From Octopus vulgaris (Eukaryota), in assembly GCA_951406725.2 (NCBI GenBank), contig OX597821.1, forward strand, positions 24,800,001 through 24,864,000: a DNA stretch of 64,000 nucleotides, given 5' to 3'. The notes beneath the pieces are model-generated. The model was not told where the DNA came from. It did not search any database and saw only the letters and a program-made list of their open reading frames with translations. Made by a program: the position numbers and the translations under genes. The stretch's first letter is position 1, and each line of letters begins with the position of its first letter. Shown here in pieces: positions 1-12,704 of the stretch.

Positions 1-193
1 GTAATTGAGTTCAGATAGTAATAAAGTTTGTTCGGATTTCTCAACCGTAGTTTCATTGCTTAAATAAACCTCGGAGACTCCAGTTTCAGTCGATTAAATC
101 AACTCCAGTACTTGACTAGTACATTATTTTACCAAGGACGCCCACTGTTAAGCCTCCTTATTTGTCTGTCATTTTTCTGTCCAATATAAATAA

Positions 194-560
194 CTAGCGG
201 GACCCGTGAATATTTCACGGAATTAATGGTAAACCTATTGGGTAGTTTCTGAAAACTTTATCTGAAAACTGAAAGCGTAGCCTGTGTTGTGTCTGTATGG
301 AAAGATAGTCGATCATCTGCTGCTCATTGAAGAGTGAAAGAAATTGGAATACGATGATTACTTAATACACTTTATATATACAATTTATATATTGTATGCA
401 CAATTTTTATAGACTTAATACACAGCATACAAAAAATAAATATTCACTCTTATTTTCTCATTTCCTCATAAGCAAAAAATATATCCTGTACATGTGATAT
501 CTGGTACGTAAATGAGCGTGAATATTTCACAAAATTGCACTTATGCTCATGTGTTAAGTG
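194..560 (-). mobile_element. Helitron-like 3' end (degenerate)
   Basis: Minus strand ends with hairpin CCGTGAAATATTCACGG (204-220) followed by CTAG (194-197) then T. The inner boundary is uncertain. Confidence 0.45.
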
Positions 561-589
561 ATAGGCGATATATAAAAACAACTTTGTTG

Positions 590-935
590 CTCGACCTGTT
601 AGGTATATCAATTAAATCTCTCTCAAATCACGCTCAACTGTCTCTGAATAATGTAGTGTAGTTATACATGAATTCTCCTGTCGTAGACGACAGATAAGCG
701 TTCTGTAATTTCTTGCTGAACAAATTCACAGATGATTTGTTTGTAGTGATTCAATGTTTGTGCTGTACATTGGCTCACCCACTTCATTAAATTGACATTG
801 CCTGTACACAGTGTGTCGCATGTCAGATGTTGAAACGATCACAGAACAACGTGAAATGTAGTGTTTTGCTCAAGAACACAACACACCGCCCGGTCCGGGA
901 ATCGAAACACCTTAACCACTATGCTACACGCCCTC
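590..935 (-). mobile_element. Degenerate tRNA-derived SINE
   Basis: Minus strand reads GTAGCATAGTGGTTAAGG...TTTCGATTCCCGG (A/B-box-like). Its 3' part recurs inverted at about 1630-1735. Confidence 0.5.
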
Positions 936-1134
936 ACATTATTATAGATGCTACCAAAGAGACAGGTCATTGCTGGAATGTCTTTGATCATAAATCTGAT
1001 CGATCTGGGTTGACGTGAAGCTAAACAACTACTATAACATCTAGTTGAGCTGACTGACAAGGATCTGTGTGGTCGCATAGAGGCACAGACTGCTAGAAAT
1101 AACAGCCAATTTACCCTTAAAGTACATTCTAAAG

Positions 1135-1353
1135 CAGTGGTTTTCAACCAGGGTTCCGCGGAACCTTAGGGTTCCGCCAGTACAGTCCAGGGGTTCCGCA
1201 AGAAGTTACAAAACTGCTAAAATCGGAGGTAATTTTTAATTCTCCTGTGCAGGTATGTGTGCATAAGACTATTAAATTATTGCACAGGGGTTCCTCGAGC
1301 CAGTGGAATGTTTCCTTGGGGTTCCACTCCAGCAAAAAGGTTGAAAAGCACTG
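1135..1353. mobile_element. hAT (Charlie-like) MITE, copy 1
   Basis: TIRs CAGTGGTTTTCAACC / GGTTGAAAAGCACTG; imperfect 8-bp TSD TTCTAAAG/TTCTACCG; near-identical inverted copy at 26830-27048. Confidence 0.85.
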
Positions 1354-1996
1354 TTCTACCGTCTTAATAAAAAAAAAACACATTATATAACGTGGTTCTA
1401 GATATACCATGTCTGAAAAATGACCGAACTGTCACGGCAGGAGTGGGGCTTATCTGGGGTTCAACTACAACAGTAATTGGTAAAGCTGCCGGTAGGCAGT
1501 TGTGAGGGGCACAGTTTGTTGCTGCAGCCAGTTCAAACCATTGTAGTTCTGATCGGCGTTCTGCCTTGATCAAATCACATTTTTGTTTTTGCTAGCAGAT
1601 CAGACTGTGAATAAAGCTATTTATTAAGACGACAGGAGAATTCATCATGAATAACTATACTACATTTTTCAGAGACAGCTGAGCACGATTTTAGAGAGAT
1701 TTGAATGCTAGACCGACTAGGTCGAACAACCACGTAGAGGCTCCCTCGTTGAAATGTAGACCAGTTGTTATTATACATACTGGACAGACAAATGACGGAC
1801 AAATAAGGGCGTTTAACAGTGGGAGTCCTTGATAAAATAATGTACCAGTCAAGTACTGGAGTCGATTTAAAATTTGAGGGCGATTTAGCTGATATTTACT
1901 GTAGATCGAACCCGAGAAGGGAGACTTTCATGAAAATCAGGATAAACAGATCTGTGTAAAGCACCAACCAAATTTTACTGAAACTAAACACTATTG

Positions 1997-2445
1997 GGAT
2001 CTTTTCGGTTTGAACGGCAGTTTTTTCTAGCGGTGTCATATGAAATTGTCACCCATAATTATGACCCTAGTATCGATCTGTTGCATTTCAATCTGTTTTA
2101 GGGTTAGGGTTAGTTAGGGTTAGTTAGGATTAGGGTTAGGGTTAGGGGTGGGGAGAAGGGTATCTTTTTTTCTTCACAAATGTAAATAGACCCAATCTGT
2201 TTCTTAAACGAGGGACATATTGATACGGCACAGAATGTTTTTTGCCTCAATGGACGTCACTGATTGGTTGAAATTACAGAAATTGAAGAAAAAAAACAAC
2301 AAATATCTTACAAACCATAGAATTTTCTCAATAAAGCCTTGAGAAAAAGATGTTTTATAAACACATTCTACTAGTATACGAAGTTTAACATTTTTTAGTT
2401 ACCTAGAAATTATGTTAAAAACTGCCGTTCAAGCTGAAAAGATCC
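1997..2445. mobile_element. MITE with GG termini and 8-bp TSD (Merlin-like), carrying internal TTAGGG repeats
   Basis: About 30-bp TIR GGATCTTTTCGGTTTGAACGGCAGTTTTT / AAAAACTGCCGTTCAAGCTGAAAAGATCC; perfect TSD CACTATTG at 1989-1996 and 2446-2453; TTAGGG-like tract at 2098-2147. Superfamily inferred from termini and TSD length only. Confidence 0.8.
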
Positions 2446-2724
2446 CACTATTGTCTTAAAAAGAAAGGACATCTTACGTAAAAGACAGGATTGTTGGTCA
2501 TAGCTAAAATATCTTTGATCGGGAATCTGCTAAATCAGAAGTGTCCTAGGAATAAATAGCAACACATACTACAACAACACTCAAAAAGACAGAGCGGTGG
2601 AAAATGCAAATGGCGATGTTGTGTCTCAATAAACCACTACACATCCAAGTACACATTATGGTCCTTCGCGTAGCAAAGTCATGATATATTTAAAGGTAAC
2701 AAACTAATAAAGAAAATTACATCA

Positions 2725-3319
2725 GTTTTCACCAAGCTAATATGGCAGCCCATAAATACCGTTGATTAGCTCCAAGAGGCCATCGCCCATAAATACCGTT
2801 GATTAGCTCCAAGAGGCCATCGCCTCTAGCTAGCTATATGACACACGAACCTGTGTCCATTATAACCTTCGAACAGAAGAGGTCAGCCGCTCCCCCTTGC
2901 TGGTCAGGCATCTGCAGACATGTTTCAGGGTATTTGCCCTTTATCAATGCAGAGTAGCCAAACCCAGCAGGCCTCGCTGCTGACCGTCTGTTCGATGGAT
3001 TATTTACCTCCCCTGTTCGAAGGTTATAATGGACACAGGTTCGTGTGTCATATAACTAGCTAGAGGCGATGGCCTCTTGGAGCTAATCAACGGTATTTAT
3101 GGGCGATGGCCTCTTGGAGCTAATCAACGGTATTTATGGGCGATGGCCTCTTGGAGCTAATCAACGGTATTTATGGGCGATGGCCTCTTGGAGCTAATCA
3201 ACGGCAGCTTTAGTCTTATATTTATGGACTGCCATATTAGCTTGGCGAAAACTGTTAATTTCTAGTACCGCTGCCGTAGTCTCTTTTAGAGACTCAGAAA
3301 TTTTAATATTTCTATTTTT
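2725..3319 (-). mobile_element. Non-coding fold-back element (inverted arms plus one-sided tail) with central hammerhead; Penelope pLTR/retrozyme-like
   Basis: Inverted arms about 2723-2885 and 3006-3254; 65-bp tail 3255-3319; 13-bp TSD GAAAATTACATCA (2712-2724, 3320-3332); 37-bp tandem unit, 2 copies in the left arm and about 4 in the right. Confidence 0.8.
2911..2953 (-). ncRNA. Minimal type I hammerhead ribozyme motif (U3-A8 core variant)
   Basis: Minus strand TCTGCA-TTGATAA-AGGG-caaata-CCCT-GAAAC-AT-GTC-TGCAGA: 6-bp stem I, 4-bp stem II, palindromic ACATGT stem III, GUC cleavage triplet. Confidence 0.8.
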
Positions 3320-5244
3320 GAAAATTACATCATATACCGGGAACAATAGTTCCATGAATCGTATCTAGTCATTAATATACTAACTGAATACCATAATTAC
3401 GTTCGATCAAGGCTCGATTTTACAATTAATGATTATAAAGCTTCACAGTAATGGCTAGTAAATCTAAAGAAATTGTATATCTTATTATTCACAAGGCAAA
3501 GGTTTTTGACAGAAATCACTCTCTGTCTCTCTTCCACTCTCTCTCTCTTTTTATCTCTCTCATGCTCTCTCTTTCTTTCTTCCTCACTCACTCTCTCTTC
3601 AAAGTTTGTTTGATATTTCTCTTTATATTTCTATGTATCAATTATGTTACTCTTTCACAAATTATAATACCTACCTGGTGTATTCATTTGTTCTTGATAG
3701 TATGGAGGAAAATTATGTTGGTAAGCACACACATACAGGCATGCATACACCACACAGAAAGATAGAAGAAGCAAAGAAGAAGGAACATTAGCTACGGGAA
3801 TCGAATCTTGTGTCTCGATTTACAGGAGACACAAATTTGCAAACCGAGGAAAAAATTCCTGAATGTTACATTCTTGGTAATTAAGGGTTCTACTAATGGT
3901 TTATTTGCAAAGTGAGACTATAGTAAGAGACAGAAAGAGGACAGATGAGCCGGTGGTCCTGTGTGGAGCAAGTATGTAACAAGGTAGTTCAGAATGGGCA
4001 GATGCTGTTATAGAAGAAGTAGAGATGCAGAAAGAAGAAAGAAGAGGTATATATGGGTATGCTACTGAACAAGTGGGGCTTCGGCGATCAGTCGAGTCGC
4101 CTTTCTTTAAGTGTAATCTTGTGTCTCTGAGTGTGTGCATCAGCATTTATATTCTATAGATGTGAGCAGTACTTAGTTTAGGTCTTACTTTAGATTTCTA
4201 AATTAACAGCAATAGAAATAGCGTTTTTGGCCCTGAGCAGAAAGCCAAGCTTTTGTGATCGATATCTGGCAATGTTAAATACTATCATGGTATGGGTTGT
4301 GAGGTCAAGCTTTTTGTACGAATATTTATGATGTTAGCTGTTGTTTTGTTCATGTTTAAAGGGAGTGATGTTTACGCAATATGTATAGCAAATGTGTATG
4401 GTGTACTTGAAGGAATTTAAATTACCATATTTTATTGAAGAATGTTTTCGAAATCACTGTTCAGTAGGGCAACGCAGATTTAGCCAAAGTGTGTGTGTTT
4501 ATGGCACCTTTGTGTTAAGAAGATATGAAGCGTAATATTTTCTACACGGGAGAATGTAGAACTATGTATGAATTTGTTTTTTATGCATTTATCTTTTAGT
4601 TAGGAGAGGAAATATTGCCAAGACGCTTTTTTCAGACCTTCCGAGTTTTGTGGGGTAAGGGAAGGAGGAAGCTTTTGTCAAACCAGAAACCCATCGCAAA
4701 TGTAAGCAACAGAATGGACACTGCTAAGTGCAAACTGCCGGAATGAATGCTGCAAAACATCTGCCTTGACATTTTATATTACCGCCAATCCCCCGCCTCT
4801 GATTGCAACCCTTAAAAGATGGTTGAAGGGCAAGTTGAGCACGGTGGGATTTGAACACGGTGGCACTAAGACAGAAGAAATACTGCAACTTGTTCTACCC
4901 AACATTTTCACGACTCTGCTAATTCGCCACAGAATTGTTGATGTATGTTATTAAAATTACTATGTTTTTTTAAGGGAGGTTACAAAAGATATGACAGTAC
5001 TTTCGGGTACCTGAGTTGAAGAAGCGCAGATCAGATAGTTCTATCAGCAATAGTATGGCCTAGCAGGAAACTGTCAATCAAAGAGATGAAGAACTGTTGG
5101 ACAGGTTGGCAAATATCAATGGCAATAATTACATTCTCAAGAGAGAGAAATCGCTTGTGACAAAGGAAAGCAACTGACCAGTATAGCTGAGTCTACGAAT
5201 GCCATATTGGTGGCCAATGAGGAGGAAGGAAGACTCAGTGTTAT

Positions 5245-5287
<43 letters not shown>

Positions 5288-5289
5288 AT

Positions 5290-6490
5290 AGAGAACAATA
5301 AAGCATTCGGACAGATAGACGACACAAAGGCGAACAGGAGAAACACCAATTCTTCAGTCAAGTTACCAGAAATCTTTACTGTTTCGATAGTTAAACTTGA
5401 GACAGTTCGATCTGGTTGCTCCCGAAAAAGACTAAGGAGCCTTATATTTTTTATTTAAGAAAGCCAGCAAATGTGTACGGCACAAAGACAAAAAACGGAG
5501 AACATGGTACACAATTACAAATACAAACAACAAGAAAATAACAAGAGGTGTCTTTCGACTGAGGAAGAATCAAATTGAGCTGGAGTGTATGAAGTGAAAG
5601 CTTAAAGGCAGGAACATAGGAGATGGACATAAGAGGTGTTGGCGGACACCGGTTACTCGGAAGGAGAGATAGAGGGGGTAGGGGTCAGCGGAATTGAAGG
5701 ATTAGAAAAAAATCAGAGATAAAGGGAAAGGTACAGGGGAGATAAACGAAGGGGAAAAGTAGGAGTTAAAGAAAGAGAGGAGCAAGAAATGTGAGAGAGA
5801 GAGAGAGAAAGGGGGAGCGAGAAAACGTACAGAGAAAGAAAGTATGAGGGGGACTAAAATATAGAGTAAGAGTCGTACAAAATTTAGATATATACCTACT
5901 TTATGGTGAGAACAAGTGTCTACGTACGACGCTATATGTATATAGAAGTATAAAAAATGGAACAAAAACGTAACAGAGGATAATAAAACATTCGGACAGA
6001 TAGACGATACAAAGGCAGACAGTGGAGGTGCAATGGCCCAGTGGTTAGGGCAGCGGACTCGCGTTCGTAGGATCGCGGTTTCGATTCCCAGACCGGGCGT
6101 TGTGAGTGTTTATTGAGCGAAAACACCTAAAAGATCCACGAGGCTCCGGCAGGGGATGGTGGTGATCCCTGCTGTACTCTTTCACCACAACTTTCTCTCA
6201 CTCTTACTTCCTGTTTCTGTTGTACCTGTATTTCAAAGGGCCGGCCTTGTCACTCCATGTGTCACGCTGAATATCCCCGAGAACTACGTTAAGAGTACAC
6301 GTGTCTGTGGAGTGCTCAGCCACTTACACGTTAATTTCACGAGCAGGCTGTTCTGTTGATCGGATCAACCGGAACCCTCGTCGTCGTAACCGACGGAGTG
6401 CTTCCAAAACAAAGGCAGACAGGAGAAGCAACAATTAGAAGGACAGGCAAAAAAAAGACGGGTCATTCGTGGCCTTCTTTCCTCTGTCAT
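5290..6490. repeat. Element with ~60-bp direct repeats next to (TA)n; second repeat split by a SINE
   Basis: CATTCGGACAGATAGACGAYACAAAGGC...CAGGAGAA at about 5303-5345 and again at 5989-6022 plus 6409-6428. Confidence 0.5.
6023..6408 (+). mobile_element. Full-length tRNA-derived SINE (family C)
   Basis: A box TGGCCCAGTGG and B-box-like GGTTTCGATTCCC; perfect 14-bp TSD ACAAAGGCAGACAG (6009-6022, 6409-6422); related copy at 47712-48010 (-). Confidence 0.9.
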
Positions 6491-6634
6491 ACATACAGAT
6501 ATAAAATTAAATAAATAATTTCTTATTACAGCTCTGTACTGGACTAACGCATTTTACTGAAGCATATGCATATTGAGTTCTAACACCAGGTTTATTAGCA
6601 TCGTAAAGTCTAAGTGAAATAATATATATATTAT

Positions 6635-6830
6635 AGATCGTTAGCCACTACACACATTTTTTCTCTCCTTGTTTCTCTTCTTGTTTTTTCTGTGTGCCTT
6701 TCTGTAGAAGAGCGTAGGCTCGAAACGTAAAAGACTTTTCTATTCCTGAGCGTTATACTAATACATCTGTTTGTTTTGTACACCACCTGTCTTCGTCTTT
6801 TGTTTTTTATTTTTCCTAAATTCTCACTAT
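6635..6830 (+). mobile_element. Short (TA)n-embedded repeat with hammerhead-like motif at 6698-6733
   Basis: CTTT-CTGTAGA-A-GAGC-GTAG-GCTC-GAAAC-GTA-AAAG; homologous to 7690-7872 and 11220-11455 (-). Confidence 0.65.
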
Positions 6831-6838
6831 ATATATAT

Positions 6839-6946
6839 GGCGCAGGAGTGGCTGTGTGGTAAGTAGCTTGCTTACCAACCACATGGTTCCGGGTTCAAAC
6901 CTTGTGAGTGGATTTGGTAGACGGAAACTGAAAGAAGCCCGTCGTA

Positions 6947-7042
<96 letters not shown>

Positions 7043-7248
7043 TGTGTCTGTGTTTGTCCCCCTAGCATTGCTTGACAACCGATGCTGGTGTGTTTATGTA
7101 CCCGTCACTTAGCGGTTCGGCAAAAGAGACCGATGGAATAAGTACTGGGCTTACAAAGAATAAGTTCCGGGGTCGAGTTTCTCGACTAAAGGCGGTGCTC
7201 CAGCATGGCCGCAGTCAAATGACTGAAACAAGTAAAAGAGTAAAAGAG
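6839..7248 (+). mobile_element. tRNA-derived SINE family B (internal microsatellite; internal deletion)
   Basis: Head GGCGCAGGAGTGGCTGTGTGGTAAG...GGTTCCGGGTTCA; internal (TA)n(TG)n; tail GACTGAAACAAGTAAAAGAG. More than 10 copies in the window. Confidence 0.85.
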
Positions 7249-7262
7249 TATACGTATGTATG

Positions 7263-7303
<41 letters not shown>

Positions 7304-7524
7304 ATCTATGTATACACGAGCACATACACACACGTGCATACATATACATGCACGCGAACACACATATATACACGCATACACACACGGACACATACACACA
7401 CACACAGACTTGCACACACGCATATACCCACACATACACACAGATACCACCTTATCTTACACTCCTCTGTCTTAGAACTTTTTCTCCACCCATTCTCTTC
7501 GGGTAATTTCAAAATGTAACCACA

Positions 7525-7981
<457 letters not shown>

Positions 7982-8109
7982 TTATTCTTTTTTTACTTTT
8001 TTCAGTCATTTGACTGCGGTCATACTGGAGCACCACCTTTTAGTCGAGCAAATCGACCCAGGACTTATTCTTTGTAAGCCTAGTACTTATTCTATCGGTT
8101 TCTTTTCAG

Positions 8110-8630
8110 ACAAAGTGAGAGAGGGAGAGAGAGAGAGTAAGTGACGACGTTCATAAAAAATATCAGCCATAGCTTTTTGACGGTGTCTAACAAAAAAATT
8201 AAGATAAAGAAAAGTGGAAGAGAGGTTCACGGCGTCTAAACAAAAAAAAAGGGAAAGACAAAGTGAGAGATAGAGAGAGGAAGGGAGAGAGAGTAAGTGA
8301 CGAGGTTCATAAAAAATAAAATGTAAAATGTCTTTTTTTTTAAACACGAGATATAATGTTCAAATTCAGGATGTTTTTGAAAGACACTATATTTTATAAT
8401 CATTGTATATATACTTTCTCACACAACAATTACAATATATTTATCTTAAATCGTTCATCTTTCTCCCCACTCTCTCTCTCTCACGCACATTACTTTGGGT
8501 GCAAAGAGTAAAAAAAGTGTTTTTTTGAGAGTTGATATTACTTAGTTTGGTTTGAAATTAAGAACTTGATTAGCTTGATTAGCTTAATAATTGTAACTTA
8601 ATCCCGGGCAAGGTCAGGTTATACACCTAG
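8110..8630 (+). mobile_element. Non-autonomous Helitron-like element
   Basis: 3' end CCCGGGCAAGGTCAGG...CTAG followed by T; internal short duplication. Confidence 0.45.
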
Positions 8631-8646
8631 TATATATATATGTATA

Positions 8647-9055
8647 AGGCGGTGAGCTGGCAGAAACGTTAGCACGCCGGGCGAAATGCTTAGCGGTATT
8701 TCGTCTGCGTTACGTTGTGAGTTCAAATTCCGCCGAGGTCGACTTTGCCTTTCATCCTTTCGGGGTCGATAAATTAAGTACCAGTTACGCACTGGGGTCG
8801 ATGTAATCGACTTAATACCTATGTCTGTCCTTGTTTGTCCCCTCTGTGTTTAGCCCCTTGTGAGTAATAAAGAAATAGGTATTTCGCCCGTCGCTTCATT
8901 CTGAGTTCAAATTCCGCCAATGTCGACTTTGCCTTTCATCCTTTCGGGGTCGATAAATTAAGTACTAGTTGCGTACTGGGGTTGATCAAATCCACTGCCC
9001 CCCCCCCAAAAAAAAAAAAAATTAAATTTCGGGCCTTGTGCCTAGAGTAGAAAAG
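8647..9055 (+). mobile_element. tRNA-derived SINE family A plus tandem partial copy
   Basis: A-box-like CTGGCAGAAACG, B box GAGTTCAAATTCC and core GACTTTGCCTTTCATCCTTTCGGGGTCGATAAATTAAGTACC. Many copies in the window. Confidence 0.85.
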
Positions 9056-9676
9056 TATATGCGTATCGGTGCCTCAGCATAGCCACAGTCTGACTGAAAT
9101 AAGTCAAAGATAAAAGATAAAAGCAATATGTGTACACACACACATGCACGTGCATAAACATACGCACAGACACACTCACATACACATACATCTCTGGATA
9201 ATACAGAAATATTTCGGATAAGAGTGACCTAGGACGATTATTCACTAACGTGATAAAGAAACTTCATCTCCATTGCTCATTCAAGCAAGTCGTTATTAAT
9301 TGAATGTGCTGGGATTTTTCTAGATGAATTATAAGCAGTGTTGAACAAAAGCTGTGAGATCGAGATGACGATGCTCAGAAGATTTCTATTTATATGTTGT
9401 GAATGGAAGCTAGCCAAGGGGCGAATAAACCGTTGCTTGGTTTGAAACGTTAGTGTTTGAAGTAGATGTTGACTTGGTAGGAAACTGGTAGTAAAACTAT
9501 TCGCCATTGTGGGGGTAGATGAAACAGTTATATTGCCTTTGTAGGGTAAAACAGATAAAAGTTTGCGCCCGTGTGTATGCATGTGTATATGTGTGAGCAT
9601 GTATGTATGTGCGTGAGCGTGTGTGGGCATGTGTGTATGGACACATATGTGTATGCCAGCGTGCGTATGTATGTGT

Positions 9677-9710
<34 letters not shown>

Positions 9711-9836
9711 GAATGTATGTGTGCATATGTATATATATGAATACATACATAAATATATATGTCTATGTATGTGTGTCTGTGTATATATACAGGCATATGT
9801 ACATATGTACATTCATGCACATATACATACATACAT

Positions 9837-9870
<34 letters not shown>

Positions 9871-9941
9871 GTGTATGTATGTATGTACATACATAGGTAC
9901 ATACATGCATACATATATAGATACATACATATAACATATGC

Positions 9942-9990
<49 letters not shown>

Positions 9991-10096
9991 TTATATATGT
10001 ATACACATATATACATAATATATGATATATATATAGTTGGATATATATGTGTGTCAGTGCTTGCATGTATGCATATATGTAGGTAATAATAATAAA

Positions 10097-10212
10097 TACG
10101 GCCATATCACTTTGAAAACTTCAGTTCTCGTCCGATCACCGAAGTTAAACGACGTCGAGCCTAGTTAGAACTAAGATGGGTGACCGCTTAGGAAACTTAG
10201 GTGCTGTAAGCG
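10097..10212 (+). pseudogene. 5S rRNA pseudogene (or 5S-derived SINE head)
   Basis: TACGGCCATATCAC...GTTCTCGTCCGATCACCGAAGTTAA...GATGGGTGACCGC...GGTGCTGTAAGC is collinear with metazoan 5S rRNA, with many substitutions. It is a single copy, not in a tandem array. Confidence 0.85.
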
Positions 10213-10339
10213 TCTTTCTACCCTTAGGCGCATGAGAGGCTGTGTGGTAAGTAGCTTGCTTACCAACCACATGGTTCCGAGTTCATTCTCAGTCCTACAC
10301 TTTAATATTCCCATAATCCACTCGCTTATTTTTTTACTC

Positions 10340-10387
<48 letters not shown>

Positions 10388-10399
10388 AGATATGTTTAA

Positions 10400-10446
<47 letters not shown>

Positions 10447-10447
<1 letters not shown>

Positions 10448-10667
10448 ACCGCCTTGAAATTTTAGTCGAATGTATCGACCCCGAAACTTATTTTTTTTTA
10501 CGCCTAGTACTTACTGAATCGGTCTCTTTTGCCGAACCGCTAACTTATGAGGACGTAAACACACCAACACCGGTTGTCAAGCGGTGGTGGTGGACAAATA
10601 CACACACAAAAGCACACACACACATACGCACACACATGCACACACATGCACACACACACATAGCTAT

Positions 10668-10765
<98 letters not shown>

Positions 10766-10945
10766 TTTGATATATGTAGATATGTAGATACGAATGGACT
10801 TCTTTCAGTATCCGTCTACCAAATCCATTCAGAAGGGTTTAATCAGCCCGAGGCTATAGTAGAAGACACTTGCCCAAGGTTCCATGCAGTGCAACTGAAC
10901 TCGGAATATAGTTAAGAAGCAAGCTTCTTACCACACAGCCACTCC
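10447..10945 (-). mobile_element. SINE family B
   Basis: Reverse complement of family B, with internal (CA)n/(GATA)n. Confidence 0.75.
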
Positions 10946-11140
10946 TTATGAGAGCCAAAGCAGTATTAGTTCAAATTAGGAGTTTGTGTATCATACTTAA
11001 AGCAGATACATTCTTGAAAGCCTGATAAACTGCGTATTCGTCTAGAGATAGCATCTTTTACAAACGAATCGTTCTGAAAAAAACGTTATGTTCCTAATAT
11101 ATTTCTGATATATCAGAAACATGTTTTTTAAAACGATACG

Positions 11141-11199
<59 letters not shown>

Positions 11200-11219
11200 C
11201 ATACATATATATATATATA

Positions 11220-11455
11220 ACGGGAAGCTTTATGAAAATAGACAAAAGACGAAGGCAGGTTTACGGAAATAAACAAAAGACGAAGGCAGGTGGAATACAA
11301 ACAAACAATTGTATTAGTATGGCGCTCAGGAAATATAAATAAAACAAATCTTTAACGTTTCGAGCCTACGCTCTTCAACAGAAAGATACACAGAGAAAAA
11401 ACACAGAAAGAAGGAGAAAAAAATGCGTGCAGAGGCTAGCGAATCAACATGGCAA
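11220..11455 (-). mobile_element. Short (TA)n-embedded repeat with hammerhead-like motif at 11348-11387
   Basis: Minus strand ATCTTT-CTGTTGA-A-GAGC-GTAG-GCTC-GAAAC-GTT-AAAGAT (6-bp stem I); (TA)n on both sides. Confidence 0.7.
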
Positions 11456-11508
<53 letters not shown>

Positions 11509-11534
11509 GGGTGGATTTTAAGCTAACTCCTTCA

Positions 11535-12060
11535 CTAGGCCTTGGGCCCAACAATGACATTTCATGCATCGAGTGCATATTAACTTTCATTAAACTTGAA
11601 CAATATTTTTTAAACAATGAACAATTTTCTTCAAAACAATGATATGATTTGTTGACTTGGAACCTATTGCAAAGCTGCATGATAAACAACAGTATCACCA
11701 CCATCGCTACCACAACTGCCATTCATACACCATTCAGAACTCTGACGCCACCACCATCAATACTTTTGACTTCACCGCCTTCCCTTCCACCACCATTACC
11801 ACTATCTTTCACATCGCTTACACTCACCGTCATCCCCGCTGCCTCCGCCTCTATCACAACTACAGCTCATACTATTACTCTCACTCCATTATCTTCACAA
11901 AAAGGCTAAATGTTTGTGTTCGTTCAGTATGTTAGTTCAGCATGTTAGTTCAGTGGTCAGTCTGTCTTTCTCTCACATACCCACTCTTTCTTTCTCTCTC
12001 TCTCTCTCTCTCTCGCTCTCTCTCTCTCTCTCAGTCTCTGTCTCTGCCTCTCTATCTCTC

Positions 12061-12123
<63 letters not shown>

Positions 12124-12669
12124 TCACAGCCACCATCAACACTTTTAATAAGACATCATCAACTCTCTCTAAATTTCTTTGTCTCTCTTTCTTTCTCTCT
12201 CTCTCTCCCACTGTCTTCGCCACCACCCTCACCGTCTCTATGCCTGCTAGTACTCTCACCCCAACATCAGCAATAGTAGAAGTGTTATTGAATAGTGAAA
12301 AGTGGGAGTCAAAGTGTGACACACTGACACACAGAAATTAGTCTTCGCATTTATTATATTAGATGTTTAATTTTAGGGAAACTTTATTTCAATTTAAGTG
12401 TATTTTATGTGTGTGTGTGTATGTGTGTGTATTAAAGAAAGCAAAAAATAAAGCAAAAATGATAGTGTTCAGTTTGTTGGCGACAGAAATTTCTGTCAAA
12501 GAGACATGGTTAAACAAAGCTGTAAATCGTCTCCCTCTTTATCTCAGATACCCACTCTTTCTCTCTCTTTCATTATTACTCTCATTGCCACCATCAGCAC
12601 TACTACTTTTAATAAAACATTGTCAACTCTTCCTAAATTTCTTTGTCTCCCTTTCTCTCCCTCTCTTTT

Positions 12670-12704
<35 letters not shown>

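Noticed and set aside
2098-2147. True telomere or chromosome-fusion scar
   Set aside because: Short, degenerate and inside a MITE with TIRs and TSD.
2748-3215. 37-bp repeats as a CRISPR array
   Set aside because: The repeats are directly tandem with no unique spacers, there are no cas genes, and the context is eukaryotic.
6023-6095. tRNA gene
   Set aside because: It is the head of a TSD-flanked SINE; the cloverleaf is imperfect and it continues into the SINE body.
9277-10105. Long YI/HT/CV/MYVC-rich ORFs (also at 33.6-34.5, 56.3-56.9 and 59.6-60.2 kb)
   Set aside because: Read-through of (TA)n, (CA)n and (TACA)n microsatellites; open in several frames on both strands.
11060-11145. TCTGA-TATA-TCAGA-AACATGT as a hammerhead
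   Set aside because: It has GAAAC plus the ACATGT palindrome, but no correctly placed YUGANRA core or stem I.
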